A stretch of DNA of 64,000 bases from Gemmatimonadaceae bacterium. Its GTDB lineage: Bacteria; Gemmatimonadota; Gemmatimonadetes; Gemmatimonadales; Gemmatimonadaceae. Location of the stretch: the NCBI GenBank assembly GCA_051859245.1, contig JBHYGA010000004.1:320001-384000 (forward strand), in the 5' to 3' direction. The translations under genes were made by a program, and so were the position numbers. The notes under the pieces were generated by a model. The model made no database searches, was not told the origin of the DNA, and worked only from the letters and a program-made list of their open reading frames with translations. Within the stretch, counting starts at the first letter, position 1; each line of letters begins with the position of its first letter. Below, one piece after another: positions 10,957 through 19,880 of this stretch.

Positions 10957-11442
10957 GTGGAGCCGTTGTCGATCGCTTTTGGTGTCAGGTACGCCCGGTT
11001 GCTACTGGCGAGCGTGAGTTTTCTCATCGTCTTCGCCGTCAGCTGGCTCGCACTCGCGGCGGTCCTCGTCGGTCGGTCGCTTCCGGACGGCGTTGCCAGC
11101 GAACAGGCAGCCAGCAGCTACGCGATGAACTACGGCATTGTGCTGTTTGTCTCACCGTTTGTGTGGGTGTGTCACGCGCTTGCGCTGATGTGGTGGGCGC
11201 GCGTGGATAGCGAGGGAAGTTGGCGTTCGCGCGTTGCACGCTGCGCGGTAAGTGCGTTGCTGACTGTCGTACTTTTTGCTATTCTCTTTTCTGCGGTTGG
11301 AATACGTGAGGATGCCGCCTACCTCGTTTTTCCCTTTATCCCCGTCGGCATGGTGCTCAGCGTTCTAGCCGCCACCACCGCCGCGTTTCACAGCTATGGG
11401 AAAAGCCCTTCTCCCACAAAAAATCATGAGAGAAGGGCCTAG
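10957..11442 (+). CDS. hypothetical membrane protein
   Basis: Four hydrophobic segments. Confidence 0.5.
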   Translation: MEPLSIAFGVRYARLLLASVSFLIVFAVSWLALAAVLVGRSLPDGVASEQAASSYAMNYGIVLFVSPFVWVCHALALMWWARVDSEGSWRSRVARCAVSALLTVVLFAILFSAVGIREDAAYLVFPFIPVGMVLSVLAATTAAFHSYGKSPSPTKNHERRA

Positions 11443-11463
11443 CCTTGCCTACTATGGATAACC

Positions 11464-11486
11464 GCGCTGGAGACGCCTCCAGGCGC
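11464..11486. terminator. hairpin between the convergent 10957 ORF and dnaN
   Basis: GCGCTGGAG-acgc-CTCCAGGCGC stem-loop; no clear U tract. Confidence 0.35.
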
Positions 11487-11500
11487 TCGCACGAGCTCGC

Positions 11501-12613
11501 TTAATCCATCAAGCGCAGCGGCATCACGAGGCAGAGGTAATCGGCGGGACTGTCCCAGCCCTGCGGTTCGATCGTGGCCGCACGTTCCGGCGCCTTGAAT
11601 GTGAGCTTGATCTCGTCCGTGGGCATGAAGCGCAGAATCTCGAGCAGATACGCGGCGTTAAAGCCAATGTCGAGCGGATCGCCGTCGTAGTTGATCGGCA
11701 ACTCGTCCGCGGCTTCGCCTAGATCCGGCGTGGTGACCGCAAACTTTAGCATGCCCGCGTTGAACGACAGCTTGATGCGATGCGTCTGGTCTGACGCAAT
11801 TACGCTCATGCGCTTGAGGGCGCCGGCGAGCGCGGCTTTGTCGAGTATGCAATGCTTGTCGTTGTCCTTCGGAATGACCTGCTCGTAGTTCGGATACGGG
11901 CCTTCGATCAAGCGCGTGTACACGGCGGTAAACGGCGAACGAAAACCGAGGTGGTTGTCGCCGCGCGCGATTTCCAATTCTTCTTCGGCCGGAAACAAAC
12001 GACGCACTTGTTCGAGCGCCTTGGGCGGCACAATCAGATCGCTTGGCGGTGCACTGCTGCCAGGAATCGGCAGATCCATGCGTGCAAGACGATGTCCGTT
12101 GGTGGCCACCATGCGCATGCGTTCTTCGCGCAGCTCCCACAACACACCGTTCAGAATCGGACGCGACTCCTCGGTGCTTACGGCAAACGCCGTGTGCGAA
12201 ATGAGCTGCTGCAACTCACCCGATTTTACACGCCACGCTTCGTTGAAACGCACCTGCGGAAACGTGGGGAACTCGTCGCGTGGAAGGCCGAGCAGTTTGA
12301 AACGCGAACGTCCGCACTCGAGTGTGACACGCTGTTCGCCCGACGTTGCAATCTTGACCGGTGCCGGCGGCAACTCACGCGCGATCTCCGACAACTTGCG
12401 CGCAGGAATGGTGATGGCGCCTGCGGCTTCGACGTCAGCACTCACTTCTGTGCTGACGGCAATGTCGAGATCGGTGGCGGACAAGCGAATGCCACGGTCG
12501 GTTGTTTCGACCAGGAGATTCGCCAGTACGGGAAGCGTGGTTTTGGCGGGCACAGCGGCAGTGACTGCCGAAAGGCCCTCCAACAACTTTTCGCGCGAGA
12601 TCGTGAAGCGCAT
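11501..12613 (-). CDS. dnaN: DNA polymerase III beta clamp
   Basis: LSATDLD, ESRPILNGV, VATNGHRL, RLIEGPYPNYEQVIP, IGFNAAYL and LVMPLR motifs. Confidence 0.98.
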   Translation of the reverse strand: MRFTISREKLLEGLSAVTAAVPAKTTLPVLANLLVETTDRGIRLSATDLDIAVSTEVSADVEAAGAITIPARKLSEIARELPPAPVKIATSGEQRVTLECGRSRFKLLGLPRDEFPTFPQVRFNEAWRVKSGELQQLISHTAFAVSTEESRPILNGVLWELREERMRMVATNGHRLARMDLPIPGSSAPPSDLIVPPKALEQVRRLFPAEEELEIARGDNHLGFRSPFTAVYTRLIEGPYPNYEQVIPKDNDKHCILDKAALAGALKRMSVIASDQTHRIKLSFNAGMLKFAVTTPDLGEAADELPINYDGDPLDIGFNAAYLLEILRFMPTDEIKLTFKAPERAATIEPQGWDSPADYLCLVMPLRLMD

Positions 12614-12644
12614 GCCAGACGTTGAAAGAATGGTCAGCCTGCTG

Positions 12645-12870
12645 TTGTTCTTTAATTAAAGAACAAACTAGTAGTAGCAGTAGAGCATGTGGACTTGGGG
12701 AGAACGCCCATAACCTACGATAGATGAACGTGATGCGCTACAGCAGCTCATGTGCGTTCGATGGGGACAGACGGGCTGCATCCCCGCTCGCCCACAAAGC
12801 CCGATGGAAAAACGTGGACAAGTGTGGACTCACGAGGACAGCGACCCAGTTGTCCTCAGGGTTTCCAACA
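12645..12870. other. oriC: AT-rich unwinding element, DnaA-trios and degenerate DnaA boxes
   Basis: dnaA-dnaN intergenic region: AT-rich 12645-12668, TAG-trio run 12669-12683, tandem boxes TGTGGACTT/TGGGGAGAA at 12688-12704, further boxes such as CGTGGACAA (12813) and TGTGGACTC (12823). Confidence 0.85.
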
Positions 12871-14248
12871 TGCTACGAAGGCGCGTCACGCGTTCCGCAA
12901 ACTCCGGCATCGAAGCCATGTCGTCGGCCACACGATCAAGCGAGTGGATGACGGTGGAGTGATCGCGTCCACCAAACGCGTTGCCGATTTCGACCAACTG
13001 CAGCGCCAGCAGCTCGCGGCAGAGGAACATCGCCACCTGGCGCGGTCCCGTGAGCTGTTTGGTGCGGGTTTTTGAACGTAATCCGTCGGGCGTCACGCCC
13101 CATTCACGCGCCACCACCTGCTGAATCGTGGCCACCGTAATGCTGGTGGGCGGGACGTCGGGGAAGTCGGAGGTATTGGCCGAACTGCGCAGCTTGTCCT
13201 TGAGCGCCTCTCGGGCCAGCTCCACGGAGATTTCGCGGTGCTTGAGCGAGGCGTAGGCCAGCAGCTTGATGATCGAGCCTTCGAGCTCGCGCACGCTCGA
13301 TTTCACATGCTGCGCAATGAACTCGATGACTTCATCGGGAATGGTGAGCTCGAGATGGTCGAGGCTCGCCTTCTTCTTGAGAATCGCAATGCGGTGTTCA
13401 AGGTCGGGCGAATCCACGTTGGCGACCATGCCCCACTCAAAGCGCGACACGAGCCGCGACTCGAGTCCGGGGATCTCTTTGGGCGGCCGATCGGACGTCA
13501 GCACGATCTGGCGACCCGCTTCATAGATCGCGTTGAACGTGTGGAAGAACTCTTCCTGTGTGGATTCTTTGCCCTTGAGGAACTGCACGTCGTCCACCAG
13601 CAGCAGGTCAATCTCGCGGTAGCGCCGGCGGAACTCGTGCATCTGGCCGCCCTGAATGGCGCTCACAAAATCGTTGGTAAACTGCTCGGTGCCCACAAAC
13701 GCGAGTCGGAGCGAGGGCGTTTTGCGGACCAGCTCGTGGGCGATGGCCTGCATGAGGTGGGTCTTGCCGAGCCCCGTCTCGCCGTAGATGAAAAGCGGGT
13801 TGTAGACTTTGCCGGGGGCCTGAGCGGCCGCCTGCGAGGCGGCCGCGGCGACGTCGTTCGACTTGCCGATGACAAACTGCTCGAACGTGTACCTCGGATT
13901 TAGTGGCGCTGATATCGCCGATTTCTGCTGTGATACTGGCGCTAAAGGAGGCGCTGGCTGCTGGACAAAGATGTCCAACTGAGCCCGCTTGGCCCGCTCC
14001 TCCGAGATGCGAAACTGCAGCCGAATGGGGTGCCCGAGGGCCACCGGCGCAAAGCTCGCCAGCAGCTCGCTGTGCTTGCTTTCGTTCCAGTCGGCGGAGA
14101 ATTGGTCCGGCACGACGACCGTCAGCAGACCGTCCTGGAAGGCCGACGGCTCGGCCGGTTCAAGCCATGTCCGAAACGTCTGTTCGGGGAGGACCTGTCG
14201 CGCGCGCGTGAGCAGGCGCTCCCAGATATCAGACGGGGACAGGGACAT
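12830..14248 (-). CDS. dnaA: chromosomal replication initiator DnaA
   Basis: LNPRYTFEQFV, YNPLFIYGETGLGKTHL, DLLLVDDVQFL, RLVSRFEWG and FGGRDHSTVIH; ATG at 14248. Confidence 0.98.
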   Translation of the reverse strand: MSLSPSDIWERLLTRARQVLPEQTFRTWLEPAEPSAFQDGLLTVVVPDQFSADWNESKHSELLASFAPVALGHPIRLQFRISEERAKRAQLDIFVQQPAPPLAPVSQQKSAISAPLNPRYTFEQFVIGKSNDVAAAASQAAAQAPGKVYNPLFIYGETGLGKTHLMQAIAHELVRKTPSLRLAFVGTEQFTNDFVSAIQGGQMHEFRRRYREIDLLLVDDVQFLKGKESTQEEFFHTFNAIYEAGRQIVLTSDRPPKEIPGLESRLVSRFEWGMVANVDSPDLEHRIAILKKKASLDHLELTIPDEVIEFIAQHVKSSVRELEGSIIKLLAYASLKHREISVELAREALKDKLRSSANTSDFPDVPPTSITVATIQQVVAREWGVTPDGLRSKTRTKQLTGPRQVAMFLCRELLALQLVEIGNAFGGRDHSTVIHSLDRVADDMASMPEFAERVTRLRSMLETLRTTGSLSS

Positions 14249-14308
14249 GACGGCGATCAGGGGTTCGGGCGGACACGGATGGTGGGGGAGCGAAGCTAGC
14301 CCGATGAA

Positions 14309-14317
14309 TGTGGATAA
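14309..14317 (-). promoter_or_regulatory. perfect DnaA box upstream of dnaA (autoregulation)
   Basis: TGTGGATAA on the plus strand, i.e. TTATCCACA on the minus strand. Confidence 0.8.
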
Positions 14318-14372
14318 GTCAAATCGTGACCGGCCGCTTGTGGTTCTCCCTTCACGCCGCACCTTCAGCGAC

Positions 14373-14402
14373 TTGACGCAAGCCCAAGTAAATGGCTATC
14401 TT
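14373..14402 (+). promoter_or_regulatory. sigma70 promoter for the rpmH operon
   Basis: TTGACG-N18-TATCTT. Confidence 0.55.
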
Positions 14403-14458
14403 ACGGATCTGTGCCTAGCACCATCTATTCACCAATATTTTTTCGATAAGGCAAGCAT

Positions 14459-14623
14459 ATGGGCAAGCCCACGTACCGCCCGCGCAATACCAAGCGTCTC
14501 CGCAAGCACGGCTTCCGCGCTCGCATGGCAGACAAGTGGGGCCGCGCGACCCTGAGCCGTCGTCGCCGTAAGGGGCGCAAGCAGCTCACGGTCCAGTTGC
14601 CGTCCAAGTACGCAGGCGCCTGA
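14459..14623 (+). CDS. rpmH: 50S ribosomal protein L34
   Basis: Manual translation [45 protein letters not shown]... (54 aa, below the track cutoff). Confidence 0.97.
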   Translation: MGKPTYRPRNTKRLRKHGFRARMADKWGRATLSRRRRKGRKQLTVQLPSKYAGA

Positions 14624-15008
14624 TTCCCGTCGGCTCCGGCGCGCGCAGCGAGTTACGCGCGGACCGGAGCTTGAGCGGACACGTCGCGAAGGGAAGCGGG
14701 TACGCACCAGTACGCTCGAGGTGCGTGCCATCGCTTCCCTTCATGCGCTTCCACGGGTTGGGATGATCATTCCCAAACATCGGCATTCATCGGTTGAGCG
14801 CAATCTGCTCAAACGACGTCTGCGAGAACTCCTGCGCGTGGAGCTGCTGCCCATGTTGCACGCAAGCAATGCATCGCTTGACGTGGTAGTGCGCGCGAGC
14901 CCGAACGCATACGCACGCTCGTTCATCGAGCTGCGTGAGGAGATCCTCATGGCGGCCACACGATTGCAGCAGATGACGTTTGTCACGCCACAGCACGATG
15001 TGCGCTGA
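14610..15008 (+). CDS. rnpA: RNase P protein component (start codon uncertain)
   Basis: [22 protein letters not shown] (RNR motif) and LDVVVRA; located between rpmH and yidD; frame is open upstream of GTG 14721. Confidence 0.85.
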   Translation, partial: TQAPDSRRLRRAQRVTRGPELERTRREGKRVRTSTLEVRAIASLHALPRVGMIIPKHRHSSVERNLLKRRLRELLRVELLPMLHASNASLDVVVRASPNAYARSFIELREEILMAATRLQQMTFVTPQHDVR

Positions 15009-15291
15009 TCACGCGTCGCCCGTGGATCACGACACGGAGCGCGTGAGCGTTCCTGCGCCCGTGACCGGAATCGCCGCGGTGCCTCGATTTCTGCTTATTC
15101 TGGGCGTGCGTCTGTATCAGGTCGCACTCTCGCCGCTTTTAGGCGGCTCCTGCCGCTATTTTCCGTCTTGTTCCGCGTACGCGATCGAGGCGCTTGAGCG
15201 TCACGGCGCGGCACGCGGCAGTTGGCTTGCCATTCGCCGGATTGGACGGTGTCATCCGTTCCGCCCCGGTGGATTCGACCCCGTGCCCTGA
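14998..15291 (+). CDS. yidD: membrane protein insertion efficiency factor
   Basis: [26 protein letters not shown]...[17 protein letters not shown]. Confidence 0.95.
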   Translation: MCADHASPVDHDTERVSVPAPVTGIAAVPRFLLILGVRLYQVALSPLLGGSCRYFPSCSAYAIEALERHGAARGSWLAIRRIGRCHPFRPGGFDPVP

Positions 15292-15370
15292 CACGCAACG
15301 CGGGAATCGGCCGTATGGTCGATATCCTCGTCGCCTGACAGCGTCGCTCTGCTGCCCGTAGAAACACACA

Positions 15371-17167
15371 ATGGAACCACGTCGTCTCGCGCTCGCCGTT
15401 GTCCTCATGGCGGTCGTCCTCATCGCTACGCCCATTCTCTTTCCTTCGGTCACGCCCGCCGATTCCGAAAAGGGAGTACCGGTCGACAGCCTCTCATCGG
15501 TCATGAGCGGCGCCGCCGCGATTGATGAAGGCATGGCGCCACCCCAAGCAGCGCAGCAAGCCACGAATGTCGACGGCATCACGCAAGGCGCGGCGATTAC
15601 GGCGCTGCCCGACGGCGACACGCTGTTGCCGCAGCGCGTGGTCATCGACACCACCGCCGTGGTCACCCCGCTCGCCACGTATCGCGTCAGCTCGCTCGGC
15701 GCCGCGCTGGTGTCGGCCGAAATGCAAACGTATAAGGCGCTTGATGAAGGCGGACGCAAAACCGATCGACCCGTAGAGCTCGCGCAAACCGGCGATCGTT
15801 TGCTGGCCTGGCGCATGGTGTTCCCGGGCGGCGATACGGTGAATCTCACGCGCACACCGTTCACGCTCGCGCAATCAACCGCCGACGGTCGCACACAGCT
15901 GCGCTACAGCGCGCAGGTGGGGCAGCGCAATATCGCGATCACGTACAGCTTCTTGCCCGACAGTTTTCGCGTGAACATTGGCGCGACCGTCACCGGTGCA
16001 AACACCGATGGATATTTGCTCGTGGATCTGCCGCCGAGCTTCCGGAGTTCGGAAGCGGACTCGGTGGAGGACCGCACGCACATTTCGTACGCGTTCAAGC
16101 CGGAGAATCGCAGCGCGGACCTGATTGCGTTCAACAAACTCGATCCGGGTGAACGTGAGCTCAAACAGGGTCCGTTCACCTGGGTGGTCGCGAAGAACAA
16201 GTACTTCCTGATCGGTGTGCTCGCGCCGGAAAACGCGCCGGGTTTTGTGGAGCTCGATGTGACCGGTGGTGCGCGTGTGAGCAAACAGGCGACGCGCGCG
16301 CAGGGTCATGTGATTGTGAACCTGCGCAACGGTGCCGCCGCGCTCGAAGTGTACGCCGGCCCGCAGGAGTTCAAGCGCATGGTCGCGATGGGTCGCGAGT
16401 TCGAATCGTCGAACCCGTACGGCGGCTTCATGCAGAAGATCATCCAGCCGTTCGCCACGATGGTGATCAAGACGCTGCTCTGGATGAAAGAAAAGGGCGG
16501 TCTGTCGTACGGTTGGGTGCTGGTGATCTTTGGTGTTGCAGTGCGATTGATTCTCTGGCCAGTGAATCAGCGCGCGATGAAAACGTCGCTCGCGATGCAG
16601 CAGATTCAGCCGGAGATTCAGGCCGTGCAGGCCAAGCACAAAGGCGATCCGCAAAAGACGCAGCAGGAAATCATGAAGGTGTACGCGGACCACGGCCTCA
16701 ATCCGCTGAGTTCGCTCACGGGTTGTTTGCCGATGTTCATTCCGCTGCCCGTGTTTTTTGCGCTGTTCTTTGTGTTCCAGAATACGATCGAGTTCCGCGG
16801 CGTCCCGTTCCTGTGGCTGCCCGATATTTCGCTCAAGGATCCGTTCTACATTCTGCCGATTCTGGTGGCCGGTACGGCGTTCCTGGTGTCGTGGATTGGT
16901 CTCAAGAGCACGCCCGATAATCCGCAGGCGCGTTTGATGACGTACCTGATTCCGGGCATCATGCTGATTTTCTTTGTGAACTTTGCCTCAGGACTCAACC
17001 TGTATTACGCGGTGCAGAATCTCGCGTCGTTGCCGCAGCAGTGGTTGATTGCGAAGGAGCGTCAGAAAATGAAGCTCACGCCGCGGGTGCAAACGCCGGC
17101 TGGCGCTGTCGCAAAGGCTGGTAAATCGAAAGACGCGGGCAAGTCTGAGCCCAAGCGTCTGAGCTGA
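15371..17167 (+). CDS. yidC: membrane protein insertase YidC
   Basis: N-terminal TM, periplasmic domain, YAGP, GCLPM, FLWLPDISLKDPFYILP and ASGLNLYY. Confidence 0.97.
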   Translation: MEPRRLALAVVLMAVVLIATPILFPSVTPADSEKGVPVDSLSSVMSGAAAIDEGMAPPQAAQQATNVDGITQGAAITALPDGDTLLPQRVVIDTTAVVTPLATYRVSSLGAALVSAEMQTYKALDEGGRKTDRPVELAQTGDRLLAWRMVFPGGDTVNLTRTPFTLAQSTADGRTQLRYSAQVGQRNIAITYSFLPDSFRVNIGATVTGANTDGYLLVDLPPSFRSSEADSVEDRTHISYAFKPENRSADLIAFNKLDPGERELKQGPFTWVVAKNKYFLIGVLAPENAPGFVELDVTGGARVSKQATRAQGHVIVNLRNGAAALEVYAGPQEFKRMVAMGREFESSNPYGGFMQKIIQPFATMVIKTLLWMKEKGGLSYGWVLVIFGVAVRLILWPVNQRAMKTSLAMQQIQPEIQAVQAKHKGDPQKTQQEIMKVYADHGLNPLSSLTGCLPMFIPLPVFFALFFVFQNTIEFRGVPFLWLPDISLKDPFYILPILVAGTAFLVSWIGLKSTPDNPQARLMTYLIPGIMLIFFVNFASGLNLYYAVQNLASLPQQWLIAKERQKMKLTPRVQTPAGAVAKAGKSKDAGKSEPKRLS

Positions 17168-17171
17168 TGTG

Positions 17172-18665
17172 ATGATGCAGCTGCCGGGCGCCGCGGATAC
17201 GATTGTGGCGCTGGCAACAGCGCCTGGTCGTGGTGCGATTGCGTTGGTGCGGGTGAGTGGTCCGCGTGCGATGCAGGTGGTGCAGGCGTGTTTGATTTTT
17301 GAAAGGAGCGCGGCGGGTGTTGGCACTGAGATCGGTGCTGATTCCGCCGCGTTTGTTGTATCCGGGCTTGAGCCGCGCCGAGCGACGCTGCGTACGGTGT
17401 GTCATCCGGTGACGGGCGACATGGTGGATCGCGCGCTGATCACGTGGTTTCCGGCGCCGCATTCGTACACGGGTGATGATGTGGTGGAGATCAGCACGCA
17501 CGGCGGGTATGTGGTGCCGGCGGCGGTGATTGGGGCGTTGCTGGCGGCGGGTGCGCGTGAGGCGTTGCCGGGGGAGTTTACGCGACGCGCGCTGATGGCC
17601 GGCAAGATGGATTTGTTGCAGGCCGAAGCGGTGGCGGATCTGGTGGATGCGCGGTCTTCGGCGCTGCATCGTGTTGCGCTGGAGCAGCTGGACGGTGGGT
17701 TGTCTCGCCGGTTGCTCGCGCTGCGTTCGGAGTGTTTGCAGTTGGAAGCGCTGCTGGCTTACGACATTGATTTTCCGGAAGAAGATGACGGGCCGATTGA
17801 TCCGGCGCGCATTGGTGCGTCGGTTCGCGCGGTGATTGATGCGCTGGATGTGTTGCTGGCCACGGCGCCCGCGGTACCGATGTTGCGCGAGGGGGCGATT
17901 GTGGTGCTCGCGGGTGTGCCGAATGCGGGGAAGTCGTCGCTGTTTAATGCGCTCATTGGTGAAGCGCGGGCGATTGTGACGGAGGTACCGGGGACCACGC
18001 GTGATGCGCTGGATGTGTTGATTGATTCGCCGCGCGTGCCGATACGACTTGTGGATACGGCGGGGTTACGGAAGACGGATGACCGCGTGGAGCGGCTCGG
18101 GATTGAGGTGAGTGCGCGGTGGTTGCAGCGGGCGCATGTGGTGTTGGCGTGCGGGGAGACGGTTGTTGACGTTGAAGAGACAGTGCGTGCGGTGGGCGAG
18201 GCTGGTGCGGGGTCGGTGCCGGTGGTGCGGGTTTTGACGAAGCAGGATTTCGCGGAACAGCAACAGCAACTGCAACTGGAAACGCTTAGCACGGAGGTCA
18301 CGGAGAACGCGGAGGGCACGGAGGGGGAGGTGCAGCCGCGGGATTTTGTGTTGACGAGTGCGGAGAGTGGATTGGGGTTGGGGAGGGTGATGGAGGTGGT
18401 GCAGGAAACTGTTGCGCGAGAGTATGGTGTGGTGGCCCCGGATGTGCCGCGGTTAACGCGCGAGCGGCATCATGTGGCGGTGCGAACGGCGCGCGAGGAG
18501 TTGGCGGCGTTCGTTGCTGCGTGGGATGTGGGGCGCGGCGTGCCGGCGATTGTTGCGGCGGTGCATGTGCGCGCGGCGGTGCACGCGCTGGATGAGCTGA
18601 TTGGTGCGGTCAGTCTTGATGACGTGCTGGGCCGGTTATTTCGCGAGTTTTGTGTGGGGAAGTAG
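17172..18665 (+). CDS. mnmE: tRNA modification GTPase MnmE
   Basis: DTIVALAT, PHSYTGDD, GVPNAGKSS, GTTRD, DTAG and C-terminal FCVGK. Confidence 0.97.
   Translation: MMQLPGAADTIVALATAPGRGAIALVRVSGPRAMQVVQACLIFERSAAGVGTEIGADSAAFVVSGLEPRRATLRTVCHPVTGDMVDRALITWFPAPHSYTGDDVVEISTHGGYVVPAAVIGALLAAGAREALPGEFTRRALMAGKMDLLQAEAVADLVDARSSALHRVALEQLDGGLSRRLLALRSECLQLEALLAYDIDFPEEDDGPIDPARIGASVRAVIDALDVLLATAPAVPMLREGAIVVLAGVPNAGKSSLFNALIGEARAIVTEVPGTTRDALDVLIDSPRVPIRLVDTAGLRKTDDRVERLGIEVSARWLQRAHVVLACGETVVDVEETVRAVGEAGAGSVPVVRVLTKQDFAEQQQQLQLETLSTEVTENAEGTEGEVQPRDFVLTSAESGLGLGRVMEVVQETVAREYGVVAPDVPRLTRERHHVAVRTAREELAAFVAAWDVGRGVPAIVAAVHVRAAVHALDELIGAVSLDDVLGRLFREFCVGK
18256..18324 (+). repeat. short tandem repeats inside mnmE (6-nt x4, then 9-nt x4)
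   Basis: AACAGC AACAGC AACTGC AACTGG, then GCACGGAGG TCACGGAGA ACGCGGAGG GCACGGAGG. Confidence 0.7.
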
Positions 18666-19349
18666 CGCGGGAGTGGGGCCCAATAGGGTTCCCGCGGGCG
18701 TGACAGCAATGTTGTGTATGTCGGCGTGCGCTTCCTCGGTCCGCGCCCAAAGAGCCGGGGATGAGGAAACGCGGCGCGCCGGTGGTTGTCGATGCGCCGT
18801 TGCTTCACAATGTTGCGCAGCCGGAGATACAAGTTTGCTGGCGGCAGAGCAACTCGTAAACGGACCGCTTTCATTGATGATTTCGCGCATCTGCTAGTGC
18901 CGACGTTGCACCCGGTTGCGGAAACGTTATGGCGGACGCGATGCGGTATCGGTGGTGCTCCCGCACCGCCGCAACGGGCGGATGCCGTTTCTCGATCAGC
19001 CCGCCGTAAACGGCGTGGGCGCCTGCCGAGCGTGCGCTTCGCTCGTGGCATGGTAGATTGCGCTTACCATGATCTTGAACGTCTTGCGCTAGACCCAGTT
19101 GAATCGCTGTACACTTTGCTGCAGGAGCTGCACGACACCGCAGCGCGAGGCTTCACCCACAGTGCAAACTCGACGGCCACACAGGCCGACTCCATCTGTC
19201 GCGATCGCCACGTGCGTTTTTCGGCAATATCGATCACGCGTTTCTGACACAAACGATCACGAGTTTCTAATCAGCCAGAGTTGAGGTCGGCAACTTTCGT
19301 TCGTTGCCGACCTTAGCTCTTTACGCCAAGATGACGAGGCTGCAGGCAA

Positions 19350-19880
19350 CTACTCCATTAGGACTGCGGAAGTCTTCGCCTCAATGGGATAGTGGGCGAT
19401 CACCTCTCCATCACAGGCCACGAGTTGCACTGCGCTTCGACTTGGGACAAAAGACATGCGTTCCGGATTGTCTTCCAAGAGAGTTGCGAGCTGAATCGCA
19501 TCATCCCGCAATACTGCATCGCCGACTGCGCGGATGAGATCCTCGTTGGGAAGCGCCGCTGACTCAGACGTCGCGAATGCCTCCGAGCAGTAGTGATTAC
19601 CGCAGCTGTTTGCGCCGAGACAAGAGATGTGCCAACCCCCACCTTGGTTTGCATCTTGGCCGGTGCACTCGCCTTCCTGACATGGCGTTCCACCAGTGCT
19701 AGCCGCGTGCCCGGTTTGCCCACCCTGACACGAGACGCAATACCCTTCGCACGAACTAACCACACTAGCCGAGAGCACATCGTGCGTCTTCGCGAGCACA
19801 TCCGCGTTTGGAAGTCGCAAGCCGGTAGTTGCCACCACAACCGCGGCAATGAAGAAGATTCTAGTTAGCTGACTGGTTAT
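19350..19880 (-). CDS. secreted Cys/His-rich hypothetical protein
   Basis: Signal-like RIFFIAAVVVATTG; eight Cys clustered in about 55 aa plus one later; frame extends to an ATA at 19880 behind GGAGG (track start GTG 19838). Confidence 0.65.
   Translation of the reverse strand: MTSQLTRIFFIAAVVVATTGLRLPNADVLAKTHDVLSASVVSSCEGYCVSCQGGQTGHAASTGGTPCQEGECTGQDANQGGGWHISCLGANSCGNHYCSEAFATSESAALPNEDLIRAVGDAVLRDDAIQLATLLEDNPERMSFVPSRSAVQLVACDGEVIAHYPIEAKTSAVLME

Noticed and set aside
14249..14362. N-terminal extension of DnaA given by the ORF track
   Set aside because: It overlaps the promoter and DnaA box; the conserved domain I begins at MSLSPSDIW (14248).
18786..19300. ORFs 18786..19247 (+) and 19064..19252 (-)
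   Set aside because: No recognisable motifs or convincing RBS; not called.
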